Shown here piece after piece: positions 1 through 9,612 of a DNA stretch of 57,167 nt (positions are counted from its first letter, which is position 1; each line of letters opens with the position of its first letter). The position numbers and the translations under genes were made by a program. The notes under the pieces were generated by a model. It was not told the DNA's origin. It saw only the letters and a program-made list of their open reading frames with translations, and ran no database searches. Source of the DNA: an uncultured virus (IMG/VR IMGVR_UViG_3300021963_006528) (lineage: Duplodnaviria > Heunggongvirae > Uroviricota > Caudoviricetes); IMG/VR virus record IMGVR_UViG_3300021963_006528, one strand, 5' to 3'.

Positions 1-225
1 GCCAATGCGGCCTTTGATAAAGCCAATTCAGGTGCAAGAGCAACCGCAAGTAACACAGCACCTACTGGTAATACAGTTGGTGATTTATGGTTAAGTTTAA
101 CAGATGAAACATTATACATCTATTCATATGATGGTGTAAGTAATAATTGGGTTGATATTTCGGGACCAATATTAAGAACAAATGAAATACAAATTCAATA
201 CACCATCACAGCTAATGCAAGTTAA
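1..225 (+). CDS. 3' end of a fibre-like structural protein (partial, runs off the window)
   Basis: Open frame 1 from base 1 to TAA 223-225: ANAAFDKANSG...APTGNTVGDLWLSLTDETLYIYSYDGVSNNWVD; shares the ANAAF motif with 1730..4216. Confidence 0.75.
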   Translation, partial: ANAAFDKANSGARATASNTAPTGNTVGDLWLSLTDETLYIYSYDGVSNNWVDISGPILRTNEIQIQYTITANAS

Positions 226-234
226 GGATTAAAA

Positions 235-1311
235 ATGCCAGTTAATGAATCGAATACAATACAATACACAGTAACTACAACCAATACGGCTGATGGTACC
301 ACTTTGTATTGGAAAACTACAGGCAACACTACCAATTCGGATATTGTTGGTGGCAATACAGGTTCTATATCAATTGTTAATAATCGAGCAATATTTAATG
401 TTACTATTCTTGCTGATGAAAATACAGATGGAGCTAAAACTTTAGGTATTGCGGTGTCTACTGGATCTCAAGGCGGACCAACGGTAGTTACAACACCAAA
501 TTTTATTACTATTAATGACACTTCAATATCTCCTGCTAATTTTACAGTTGAATATTTACTTATTGCTGGTGGCGGCGCTGGTGACGCAACAGGCGGTGGC
601 GGTGCAGGAGGTGTGTTATATGGATCATTTTCTGCTAGAACAACATCACAATACACCCTTACTGTAGGTGCTGGCGGTGTAAACGCAAACGGAGCAAATT
701 CAATTTTGTCTGGTCCCAATGATGTTTCTGCGATTGCAATTGGTGGAGGTCGAGGCGGAGGAGATTTTGCAAGATCCGGAGGATCTGGAGGTGGTGGCGG
801 AGGATCTTATTCGGGTGGAGCTGGAACTTCTGGCCAAGGACAAAATGGTGGAGGAGGATACGCCGCCACATATTCTGGTGGTGGCGGTGGTGGTGCAGGT
901 TCACCCGGTGTAACTGCAAGTTATTACTCTGCTGGAGCTGGTGGCTCAGGAACTAATGCATATAGTGCTTGGTTAAATGCAGTAAGTGAAGGAACCAGCG
1001 GATATACAGGTGGTGGTGGCGGTGGTGGCCAATTTACAACTTGTTGTGGATATCAAACAGCTGGCGGTGGATTTGGCGGCGGAGGAAGTGGAGGTGTTAG
1101 TAGTGGCAGCAACGGACAATACAATACCGGTAGTGGTGGCGGTGGCTCTGGCAGTAATCCTGGAAGCGGAGCATCTGGATTAATTTTGTTACGTTGGAAT
1201 GCATCAGTCGATAGTAATGGAGTGCCAATTAATTCTACTGGTGGATCAAATTATACTTCAGGTGGTTATACATATAGAAAATTTAATAGTTCAGGAACAT
1301 TTACAGCTTAA
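235..1311 (+). CDS. Glycine-rich structural/adhesin-like protein
   Basis: N-terminal beta-rich Ig-like segment, then VEYLLIAGGG...GGGGAGG Gly-rich domain ending YTYRKFNSSGTF; AAGGA RBS upstream. Confidence 0.7.
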   Translation: MPVNESNTIQYTVTTTNTADGTTLYWKTTGNTTNSDIVGGNTGSISIVNNRAIFNVTILADENTDGAKTLGIAVSTGSQGGPTVVTTPNFITINDTSISPANFTVEYLLIAGGGAGDATGGGGAGGVLYGSFSARTTSQYTLTVGAGGVNANGANSILSGPNDVSAIAIGGGRGGGDFARSGGSGGGGGGSYSGGAGTSGQGQNGGGGYAATYSGGGGGGAGSPGVTASYYSAGAGGSGTNAYSAWLNAVSEGTSGYTGGGGGGGQFTTCCGYQTAGGGFGGGGSGGVSSGSNGQYNTGSGGGGSGSNPGSGASGLILLRWNASVDSNGVPINSTGGSNYTSGGYTYRKFNSSGTFTA

Positions 1312-1322
1312 AAGGAAATGCA

Positions 1323-1703
1323 ATGAGTCATTTTGCAAAAGTAGAAAATGGAATAGTAACACAAGTTATTGTTATTGAGCAAAACGCTCTCAATACAGGT
1401 TATTGGGGTGATCCAGCATCTTGGGTACAAACTTCATATAACACACATGGTGGTGTTCACTCTAATGGTGGAACTCCGTTACGTAAAAACTACGCTGGTG
1501 TTGGCTACACATATGATTCGGTTCGAGATGCTTTTGTTCCACCAAAGCCATATTCTTCATGGGTATTAAATGAAGATACATGTTTATGGGAAGCACCAAT
1601 ACCAATGCCTGCACCAAAAGGTAATATAGTATATATTTGGAATGAAAACACAGTTTCTTGGACAGAATATAATCCTGAAGCCATTCACGAAACAACAGAA
1701 TAA
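1323..1703 (+). CDS. Small conserved phage protein accompanying Gly-rich fibre genes (possible fibre assembly factor)
   Basis: MSHFAKV...WVQTSYN...RKNYAGVGYTYD...DAFVPPKPY..W pattern; AAGGA RBS; function inferred from context. Confidence 0.55.
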   Translation: MSHFAKVENGIVTQVIVIEQNALNTGYWGDPASWVQTSYNTHGGVHSNGGTPLRKNYAGVGYTYDSVRDAFVPPKPYSSWVLNEDTCLWEAPIPMPAPKGNIVYIWNENTVSWTEYNPEAIHETTE

Positions 1704-1729
1704 ATAAAGAATACACTTAGGAATATTAC

Positions 1730-4216
1730 ATGCCATTCCCATTATCACCAGCAAATAACCAAACTGCCCTCGTAAACGGCATTGTTTATCAATGGAACAA
1801 CACACTTGGTACATGGAAAAGAAATGGTTCCGTAACATCAATTAGCGCTGGTCAATTACTTTTAACTTCAGCACAAACATCTATTACTAACGGATCAGGT
1901 TCGTTAATTGTTTCAGGTGGTGCTGGTATTTCAGGCAATCTCTACTCAGGCGGAATCTATATTACAGGTTCTGCAAATGGCATTACATTCTCAGATAGTA
2001 CATTCCAAAATACTGCATTTACTGGTACTGCTATTGACTTAACGGCCAGAAATACTGGCAATTCAGCATACATTCATGCCAATGCGGCCTTTGCAGCTGC
2101 TAATACTGCCGATCAAAGAGCAGTCACCTCAGGTTCATATGCTAATGCAGCCTTTGGTGTTGCCAACTCTGCTTCGTCATATGCTAATGGAGCCTTTGCA
2201 GCTGCTAATACGGCTGACCAAAGAGCAGTAACTTCTGGCTCATATGCTAACTCTGCATATCAAACTGCTAACTCCGCTTCATCATATGCCAATGGTGCTT
2301 TTGCATCTTCTAATACAAGACTTTCAACTTCTGGTGGTACAATTTCAGGTGATCTTGTTGTTACAGGCAACTTGAGTGTTGAAGGTAGTACTGTTACAGT
2401 TAATGTTAGTTCATTGGTTATCGAAGATTCGATTATTCAATTAGGTAAAAATAATACTGGCGATAGTATTGATATTGGTTTTTTAGGTCATTACAATAAT
2501 GGTAGTGCTAACATTCATACAGGTTTATTCCGGCGTGCTGCTGATGACATTTATTATTTGTTTGAAAACTGGAATGGTGAACCCACCAGTCAAACAATTG
2601 ATACTTCCAATCCAAGTTTTAAAATTGCCACATTAAGTGCCAATCTAACAGCCAATTCCGTAATCATTCGTGGGTTAGATCCACTAACGCAAGCCAATGC
2701 AGCCTTTGGTATTGCTAACTCAGCATCAAGTTATGCTAACGGAGCCTTTGCAGCTGCTAACATTGCAGATCAAAAAGCCGTTACTTCAGGCTTATACGCT
2801 AATGCAGCCTTTGGTGTTGCTAACTCTGCTTCAAGTTATGCTAATGGTGCCTTTGCAGCTGCTAATACTGCCGACCAAAGAGCAGTTACTTCTGGTGCTT
2901 ATGCTAATGCGGCCTTTGGTATTGCTAACTCTGCTTCAAGTTATGCTAATGGTGCCTTTGCAGCTGCCAACACCGCAGATCAGAAAGCCGTTACCTCAGG
3001 TTCATATGCCAATTCATCTTACATTCATGCTAACGCAGCCTTTGCAGCTGCTAACACAACAAGTGCAACAGCGCAAGCAGCTTTCAATACTGCTAATAAT
3101 GCAGTTGATACCTTTGCACGAATTCAAGCCAATGCGGCTTTTGATAAGGCCAATACCGCAGAAGGTACAGTAGGTACTTTAGCGTATGCTCATGCTAATG
3201 CTTCTTATGTTCATGCTAACGCAGCCTTTGCAGCTGCTAATACCGCAACAGGTACAGTTGGTCAAGCTGCATTTAATCATGCTAATGGTGCATTTGCTTT
3301 AGCTAATTCGGGTGGTTCACAAATTTATGTTGCATCATTACAAAACTTTACAAGTAATGGTCAAAACACCACATTTACTTTATCTACCACACCAACTTCT
3401 GCAAATCAGTTATTTGTTTATGTTGATGGTATTTACCAACAAGCTTCTGCATATACTTTAACCAATAACATTATTACATTATCTGAAGCTCTTGATGCCA
3501 ATGCGGTACTTGAAGTTCGTGTACTTGCAAATACCACACCTGCACACCTTAATAATCAAGTAGATACATTTACCGGTACAGGTGCATGTACGACATTTAC
3601 TTTAACTTCTGTACCTAGAGATAAAAATCTAACCACTATTATTGTTGGTGGCGTACCTCAATTAAAGTCTGCTTATAATATTTCTGGTTCATCACTTGTA
3701 TTTTCTGGTGCTCCAGCAAATGGTGCCTCGATTGAAGTATCTACTTATTCTGGTGGTGGTTCATATGCCACATCATTTACTTCAGTTATTGATACATTTG
3801 CTGGTGATAATAGTACAACGACATTTACACTATCAACATTACCACAATCTGAAAATCAAACATTTGCTTTTCTAAATGGTGTATATCAACAGAAAAATAC
3901 TTACTCACTTTCTGGTGCAAATATTGTCTTTACGGCTACAGCAACAACAAACGATACTATTGAGGTAGTAACAGTTGCTGGTAGTGAGATGAATGTAACT
4001 TCTTCTCGTTACAATACAAGAACATATACCGCTAATGGTGTACAAACAACATTTACAATATCTTCTGGTCATACCGCAAATTCTATTTTAGTATTTGAGA
4101 ATGGTATTTGCCAAGAACCAATTGCAGACTACACAGTAAGTGGAACCACATTAACATTCCTTGGTGGAGCACCAGTAGTTAATACGAGAATTCAAATTAG
4201 AGAACTTCCAGTTTAG
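1730..4216 (+). CDS. Long tail-fibre/virion structural protein with ANAAF coiled-coil-like repeats and C-terminal repeated beta domains
   Basis: Repeated YAN(A/G)AF units; C-terminal repeated 'TTFTL...VYVDGIYQ...YT' domains; TAAATA late-promoter-like site at ~1700. Confidence 0.7.
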   Translation: MPFPLSPANNQTALVNGIVYQWNNTLGTWKRNGSVTSISAGQLLLTSAQTSITNGSGSLIVSGGAGISGNLYSGGIYITGSANGITFSDSTFQNTAFTGTAIDLTARNTGNSAYIHANAAFAAANTADQRAVTSGSYANAAFGVANSASSYANGAFAAANTADQRAVTSGSYANSAYQTANSASSYANGAFASSNTRLSTSGGTISGDLVVTGNLSVEGSTVTVNVSSLVIEDSIIQLGKNNTGDSIDIGFLGHYNNGSANIHTGLFRRAADDIYYLFENWNGEPTSQTIDTSNPSFKIATLSANLTANSVIIRGLDPLTQANAAFGIANSASSYANGAFAAANIADQKAVTSGLYANAAFGVANSASSYANGAFAAANTADQRAVTSGAYANAAFGIANSASSYANGAFAAANTADQKAVTSGSYANSSYIHANAAFAAANTTSATAQAAFNTANNAVDTFARIQANAAFDKANTAEGTVGTLAYAHANASYVHANAAFAAANTATGTVGQAAFNHANGAFALANSGGSQIYVASLQNFTSNGQNTTFTLSTTPTSANQLFVYVDGIYQQASAYTLTNNIITLSEALDANAVLEVRVLANTTPAHLNNQVDTFTGTGACTTFTLTSVPRDKNLTTIIVGGVPQLKSAYNISGSSLVFSGAPANGASIEVSTYSGGGSYATSFTSVIDTFAGDNSTTTFTLSTLPQSENQTFAFLNGVYQQKNTYSLSGANIVFTATATTNDTIEVVTVAGSEMNVTSSRYNTRTYTANGVQTTFTISSGHTANSILVFENGICQEPIADYTVSGTTLTFLGGAPVVNTRIQIRELPV
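2080..2310 (+). repeat. Intragenic tandem repeat, ~105 bp (35 aa) unit
   Basis: Unit ANGAFAAANTADQRAVTSGSYANAAFGVANSASSY repeated at DNA and protein level. Confidence 0.75.
2695..3060 (+). repeat. Second block of the same ~105 bp intragenic repeat
   Basis: About three further copies of the 35-aa unit. Confidence 0.75.
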
Positions 4217-4224
4217 AGATAACT

Positions 4225-5925
4225 ATGCCATTTACACAAATAAACACTACAAATATTCAACCGAATACCGTTGTTGATTTTGCCACATATTCAACATTGT
4301 CAGGTTCACTTGCACCTAAAATTACCACAGTTAATGTGGCCAATAGTGCATTTAGTGTATTAGATGATACTGCTGTGAATATTGGTGGTGGTTATATTGT
4401 AGTAACTGGAGAAAACTTTGCGACTGATGCAACAGTATTGGTTGATACAACACAAGCATCAGCAGTCACCCGTGTTAGTAGCACACAATTAAGAGTTCAA
4501 CTACCAGCAAAATCAGCTGCGACCTATAATCTTTATGTGGTTAATCCCGATGGTGGTACAGGTATTCGTGTAAATGGAGTAACTTATTCATCAAATCCAA
4601 ATTGGGTTACTTCCAGTCCTTTGAGTAATCAAGTTTCTGGCGTAGCATTTAATGTCACTCTTAGTGCTACTGGAGCTACTTCATATGCTGTAGCTGCTGG
4701 TTCCACATTACCAACTGGCACCACACTAGCAGCTAATGGTTATTTTTATGGTACTGTTACTATTGGAGCTCAAACCACATACTCATTTGATGTTGTAGCT
4801 ACTGATGCTGAACTCCAAGATTCAAGTAAAACATTCCAAGTAACAGTAACAATAGTATCACCTGGTCTTTTTGTATTTGGAAATCAAGCATTTGGTCAAT
4901 TAGGACTCAATGATGGAGTCAGCAAATCCAGTCCAGTACAAATAGGATCAGCAACAAATTGGAACAAATTGGGTGCTGGAAATGGTTGTTTTTATGGAAT
5001 TAAAACAGATGGTACTTTATGGGCATGGGGATTTAATACTACTGGCCAATTAGGACGTAATTTTTCTCAAGAATCTTTCTTGGGTGCGTCCAGTCCAGTT
5101 CAAGTTGGATCAGGAACAGATTGGTCTTATGTCAATATCACCGGCTCGGCCATACCCAGTGCAATTAAAACCAATGGTAGTTTATGGATGTGGGGTTATA
5201 ATTTCAACAATCTATATTTGCCTGGAATAAGTGGATATAGAAGCAGTCCGGTGCAAATAGGAAGCAATACAAATTGGTTAAGAAGTTATACAAATTATAA
5301 TTCTGCTGCCATTAAAACAGATGGTACTTTGTGGACATGGGGAACTAATAGTAATGGCTCAATAGGAGATGGTACAACAGTTGGTAAATCTAGTCCAGTA
5401 CAAGTAGGAACAGATACGAATTGGTCAATAATAGGTAATGCTAATGGCAATATGTTAGGTATTAAAACTAATGGTACTTTATGGTCGTGGGGAAATAATG
5501 ATTATGGTCAATTAGGACGAAATGATACAGTTCTTAGATCCAGTCCAGTTCAAGTAGGATCAGGAACAGATTGGTCGGATGTTGTAACTACATCCAGCGG
5601 GCCTGCTATCTATGCATTAAAAACTAATGGAACAATATGGTCGTGGGGAAGAAATGTAAATGGTAATTTAGGTCAAAATGATGCAATACATCGTTCTAGT
5701 CCAACTCAAATAGGTAGTTTAACAGGTTGGACAAAAATAGCTCCTGCGGCCCAAAGCTCGCATGCAGCAGCTATTAGAAATGGTGCATTATGGATATGGG
5801 GTTCTAATGGTAGTGGCCAATTAGGACAAAATAATACTACTTATAGGTCTAGTCCTGTCCAAGTTGGATCAGGAACTGGTTGGGCTGATGTTATATTAAC
5901 AGGCTCGGCCACACTAATAGATTAA
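4225..5925 (+). CDS. IPT/Ig-like + RCC1-repeat beta-propeller protein (putative receptor-binding/virion protein), paralog 1
   Basis: Repeats of AIKTDGTLW(A/T)WG.N..GQLG......SSPVQVG; N-terminal IPT-like 'VTGENF...LYVVNPDGG'. Confidence 0.8.
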   Translation: MPFTQINTTNIQPNTVVDFATYSTLSGSLAPKITTVNVANSAFSVLDDTAVNIGGGYIVVTGENFATDATVLVDTTQASAVTRVSSTQLRVQLPAKSAATYNLYVVNPDGGTGIRVNGVTYSSNPNWVTSSPLSNQVSGVAFNVTLSATGATSYAVAAGSTLPTGTTLAANGYFYGTVTIGAQTTYSFDVVATDAELQDSSKTFQVTVTIVSPGLFVFGNQAFGQLGLNDGVSKSSPVQIGSATNWNKLGAGNGCFYGIKTDGTLWAWGFNTTGQLGRNFSQESFLGASSPVQVGSGTDWSYVNITGSAIPSAIKTNGSLWMWGYNFNNLYLPGISGYRSSPVQIGSNTNWLRSYTNYNSAAIKTDGTLWTWGTNSNGSIGDGTTVGKSSPVQVGTDTNWSIIGNANGNMLGIKTNGTLWSWGNNDYGQLGRNDTVLRSSPVQVGSGTDWSDVVTTSSGPAIYALKTNGTIWSWGRNVNGNLGQNDAIHRSSPTQIGSLTGWTKIAPAAQSSHAAAIRNGALWIWGSNGSGQLGQNNTTYRSSPVQVGSGTGWADVILTGSATLID

Positions 5926-5931
5926 TTCAAA

Positions 5932-6021
5932 ATGACTCAATATGTTCGAGCGATTAACATTGCCAATAATTCAATCAAATCTTTTGTATTTGATACGAAT
6001 ACTGCCATAACAACAAATTAA
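5932..6021 (+). pseudogene. 29-codon mini-ORF, possible deletion remnant of a third RCC1-family paralog
   Basis: MTQYVRAINIANNSIKSFVFDTNTAITTN*; loosely resembles the paralogs' N-termini, and its end (AAT TAA TTAA) matches the end of 12454..14193. Confidence 0.3.
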
Positions 6022-6041
6022 TTAACAATTTTAAATCTCTA

Positions 6042-6070
6042 TTGCCACCTATTGAAGTATCATATATAAT
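6042..6070 (+). promoter_or_regulatory. sigma70-type promoter ahead of the sulfation/glycosylation cassette
   Basis: TTGCCA (6042-6047), 17 bp, TATAAT (6065-6070). Confidence 0.65.
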
Positions 6071-6101
6071 ATAGTGAATTAATTATTTGAAAGGTGTTTT
6101 T

Positions 6102-7865
6102 GTGAAAAAGATTTATTTCCTATCAGGACTTCCACGTTCTGGATCAACAGTCTTGGCTGCTATTCTTAGCCAAAATCCAAGTATTCATGCCACATCTACT
6201 TCTAATCTTTTAGATACCTTAGTGGGTACTCTAAGAGCATGGGCAGATAGTTTGACCACTAGAGCTCAAACAGATCAGAAAAAAGAAGAAAAAAAAATTC
6301 AGAATGTTTTAAATAACATCTGTAAAACTCAATACAATGATATTGATAAACCTATTATTCTCGATAAAGCTCGAGGTTGGGCAGATGATACTAACATGCG
6401 TACTATGTCTAAAGTTCTTGGACATAAACCTAAAATTATTGCCACGGTTCGTAATGTAGAAGATTGTGCCGCTTCTTTTGTTCGTGTGGCCAAGCCAAAA
6501 GATTTGGATTATTTTTTACTTAAAGATGACCTAATTAAACACCTTAAAGAATCATATCAAACATTTGAAAAAGGATATTCATTTGCACCCGAATGTTTTT
6601 TAATTATTGACTATGATGATCTAATGAATGATCCACAAAAAGAATTAAAACGAGTTCATGAATTTTTAGAATTACCAGATTTTGAATATGATTTAAATGC
6701 CATTGACGGTACCAATCTACAAGAAAAAGATGAAGAAGTTTGGGAAGTAAAAGGCCTTCACGATGTTAAACCAAAATTAGGTTATCAACACAAAGAAGAT
6801 TCTAAAGACGTATTGAAACATCGTTATTATGAATTCGTACAACCAAGATTTTGGTTAGGTGAAAAAGCCAATCCAAATAAACCGATACATGACCTTGATA
6901 TGCAGTTGGCTGCCGGTCTAATGGGTAATTTTAAAGAAGGTTGGAGATTAGCACAGAAGATTGAACAAGAAGAACCTTGGAATAATCGTGCAGCCTTTAA
7001 TCGTGGCTGGTATTTAATGCAACAAGGTAAACTTTTAGAAGGTGAAAAGTTATTATTCCGTGGTCGTGATGAAAGTGTTTTTGGTAATGAACCTCCTAGG
7101 TCCCCAATGCCTATGTGGGACGGCAAGTCTAAAGGAACGGTATTATTAAATTTAGAAGGTGGATTAGGCGACCAGATTCACGGAGTTCGTTACGCAAGAG
7201 ATATTGCAAAGATTGCTGGTGAAGTGATTGTGGCCTGTTCTGGTGCGTTGGCGACACTATTCCGTGATGTAGAAGGGGTTGTTGCGGTTTGCCAGAGTGA
7301 TGCCGTATATGGAGTAGTTCATGATTTTTGGGCACCTTCCATGTCTACTATACCCCTATTAGGTTACGAATATAAAGACATATCAGGAAAACCTTATATA
7401 AATAAACCAGCAGTACAACCTCACAAAGGTTTAAGAATTGGTTTAAGATGGCAAGGCAATCCACAGTTCGAACATGAACAACATCGGATCTTTCCACCAA
7501 CTAAACTATTTGATGCCTTAGAAGATGTAGATGCGGAATTCATATCACTACAACGAGATGAAGGTTCCCAATTTAAACCTTATTGGGTTAAAGAAGTACC
7601 ACTAGGTCATTGGGAACAAACACGAATGGCAGTAGCTGGTTGTGATTTAGTTATTACATCTTGTACCTCAGTAGCCCATTTATCAGGTTCAATGGGAATA
7701 CCTACATGGATTGTGATACCAATTCTGCCTTATTATTTGTGGGCTCCTGAAGGAAACACCACAGTTTGGTATGATTCCGTGAAGTTGTATAGACAAGAAG
7801 TTTTTGGAGATTGGTCTGCTCCATTTAATCAGATTAAAAACGATTTACAAAATTTTAAACAGTAA
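6102..7865 (+). CDS. Sulfotransferase fused to TPR-like helices and a GT-B (GT9-like) glycosyltransferase domain
   Basis: PAPS-binding motif FLSGLPRSGST at the N-terminus; C-terminal EGGLGDQI, IGLRWQGNP, DLVITSCTSVAHLSGSMG motifs; GTG 6102 follows AAGGTG (ORF track starts at TTG 6087). Confidence 0.8.
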   Translation: MKKIYFLSGLPRSGSTVLAAILSQNPSIHATSTSNLLDTLVGTLRAWADSLTTRAQTDQKKEEKKIQNVLNNICKTQYNDIDKPIILDKARGWADDTNMRTMSKVLGHKPKIIATVRNVEDCAASFVRVAKPKDLDYFLLKDDLIKHLKESYQTFEKGYSFAPECFLIIDYDDLMNDPQKELKRVHEFLELPDFEYDLNAIDGTNLQEKDEEVWEVKGLHDVKPKLGYQHKEDSKDVLKHRYYEFVQPRFWLGEKANPNKPIHDLDMQLAAGLMGNFKEGWRLAQKIEQEEPWNNRAAFNRGWYLMQQGKLLEGEKLLFRGRDESVFGNEPPRSPMPMWDGKSKGTVLLNLEGGLGDQIHGVRYARDIAKIAGEVIVACSGALATLFRDVEGVVAVCQSDAVYGVVHDFWAPSMSTIPLLGYEYKDISGKPYINKPAVQPHKGLRIGLRWQGNPQFEHEQHRIFPPTKLFDALEDVDAEFISLQRDEGSQFKPYWVKEVPLGHWEQTRMAVAGCDLVITSCTSVAHLSGSMGIPTWIVIPILPYYLWAPEGNTTVWYDSVKLYRQEVFGDWSAPFNQIKNDLQNFKQ

Positions 7866-7877
7866 TAGGAGATAGTA

Positions 7878-8300
7878 ATGCCAACAAGATCAGGATACAA
7901 TGTTCGAGTTCAAAATGGTCAAGTAACAGATTGCTGGGACACACCAGCACCAGAAGGTCAAGACGGATGGTCAGCAGCCGTGGAGATTACTCCCGACCTT
8001 ACACCTAACCGTGAAATTCTCACAACACATTCATTTGATATTACCAAAAATCCAATTGAGATTGTTTGGGGTAAAAGAGAGTTGACTGTTGATGAGCGTA
8101 AAGGTTCTTTAATTGGCCAAGCTAATTTTGCCGTAACAATGATTGAAAATCAAATTGAAATGAAGCGTAACATTCCAGACTTTGCAGAAGAAGTGGCCAC
8201 TCTTGAAGCACAATTACCTGGTGCAAGAACAACAAGAGATTCACGGGTTGCTCAAGTTGAAGCCGCTGTTACTCATGAGGATGTAGATGCACTAATGTAA
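7878..8300 (+). CDS. Hypothetical protein (possible fibre-associated)
   Basis: AGGAG RBS, 140-aa ORF in operon. Confidence 0.55.
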   Translation: MPTRSGYNVRVQNGQVTDCWDTPAPEGQDGWSAAVEITPDLTPNREILTTHSFDITKNPIEIVWGKRELTVDERKGSLIGQANFAVTMIENQIEMKRNIPDFAEEVATLEAQLPGARTTRDSRVAQVEAAVTHEDVDALM

Positions 8301-8317
8301 TTCTTTGAAAGTTTATT

Positions 8318-9034
8318 ATGAATTCTTTGTTTTTTTCGTATAATATGGATGTAGATAAGGCTTACATCATTCGGGTTAAAGGTAATAAAAAATCCGAAGA
8401 TGTAGCCTTACGATGTGCTGAATCTTGTGATCAGGTAAAAATGCCTTATGAGTATTGGGATGCCTATGATGGGTATAATCAACGCATCAAAGAACCTGAG
8501 CATTCTAAAAATAGTTCAGTAATGAAGATGATGAAAGTTACTGACCATTATTTGACTAGAGGTGAAGTTGCTTGTGCGTTATCTCATATTTCTTTATGGG
8601 CTAAATGTGTTGAGTTAGATAAACCTATTGTTATTTTAGAACATGATTCTGTAATGTTGCAACCATATCTTAAGCATGCTGTATTTAATTCAATCGCATA
8701 TCTAGGTAATAACGAACAGGTCAATGGTGGTTGGCCAGTTCTACCAACACCTACTCATGCATCAGAAGGACCAAACTATCATTTTATTTGTAGGGCTCAT
8801 GCATATGCAATTGATCCTGCTGTTGCAAAAAATATGATTGCACATGTAATTAAATTTGGTATCTGTGCGCCATTAGATATTATCATTCGAGCTGACATAT
8901 TTCCAATTCATCAAATGGGTGTTTACGCATATGATGTTAAAGAAAGGGAAGAAGATGGTAATCTCAAAACAACCATTCTTGGTAGACCTTTAGAAGGCCG
9001 TTCAACAATTCGAAATGATAGTCTACAAACATGA
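8318..9034 (+). CDS. Glycosyltransferase family 25-like
   Basis: GEVACALSHISLW, IVILEHD, AHAYAI motifs. Confidence 0.75.
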   Translation: MNSLFFSYNMDVDKAYIIRVKGNKKSEDVALRCAESCDQVKMPYEYWDAYDGYNQRIKEPEHSKNSSVMKMMKVTDHYLTRGEVACALSHISLWAKCVELDKPIVILEHDSVMLQPYLKHAVFNSIAYLGNNEQVNGGWPVLPTPTHASEGPNYHFICRAHAYAIDPAVAKNMIAHVIKFGICAPLDIIIRADIFPIHQMGVYAYDVKEREEDGNLKTTILGRPLEGRSTIRNDSLQT

Positions 9035-9612
9035 AAATAACAGTAAGATTTCACGACCACACCATCAGAAGTTTTCAACACATAATAAGTTCAATTGGTT
9101 TTCCTAAAGTGTCAATTGAAATAGGTTGTTTTGAAGGTGATAGTACATTTAATATAGCTGGTATTTGTTATCAACAAAATCCAAATTATAAACATTATGC
9201 CATAGACCCGTATGACAATAGTGATGACTTACCTGAAAAAAACATTCCGCAAACCAAAGAAATGTTTTTAAGTAACTTAGAAGAATTTGAACCTAAAGGT
9301 GTGGTAGAGTTCATTAATAAAAAGTCTTTTGATGGATTAATTGACCTGTATAACCGTGGTGTCAAAGCCGATTTCATTTATGTTGATGGAGATCACCGAG
9401 CCGCAGGTGTATTACAAGATATGATACTAAGTTTTGAATTACTAAATTCTGGCGGTGTAATGTTATGTGATGATAGTATGGCATGGAGAAAGAGTGATAA
9501 TCCTTGTGATTCACCTAAAATGGCAGTAGATAATTTCATGCAATGTTACTGGAATAAATTAAAAGTATTTGAATTACCTACTGGCTATCAATCTGCTATT
9601 CGTAAATTATGA
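9031..9612 (+). CDS. Class I SAM-dependent methyltransferase (Methyltransf_24-like)
   Basis: EIGCFEGDS motif I; DFIYVDGDH; GGVMLCDD. Confidence 0.8.
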   Translation: MKITVRFHDHTIRSFQHIISSIGFPKVSIEIGCFEGDSTFNIAGICYQQNPNYKHYAIDPYDNSDDLPEKNIPQTKEMFLSNLEEFEPKGVVEFINKKSFDGLIDLYNRGVKADFIYVDGDHRAAGVLQDMILSFELLNSGGVMLCDDSMAWRKSDNPCDSPKMAVDNFMQCYWNKLKVFELPTGYQSAIRKL

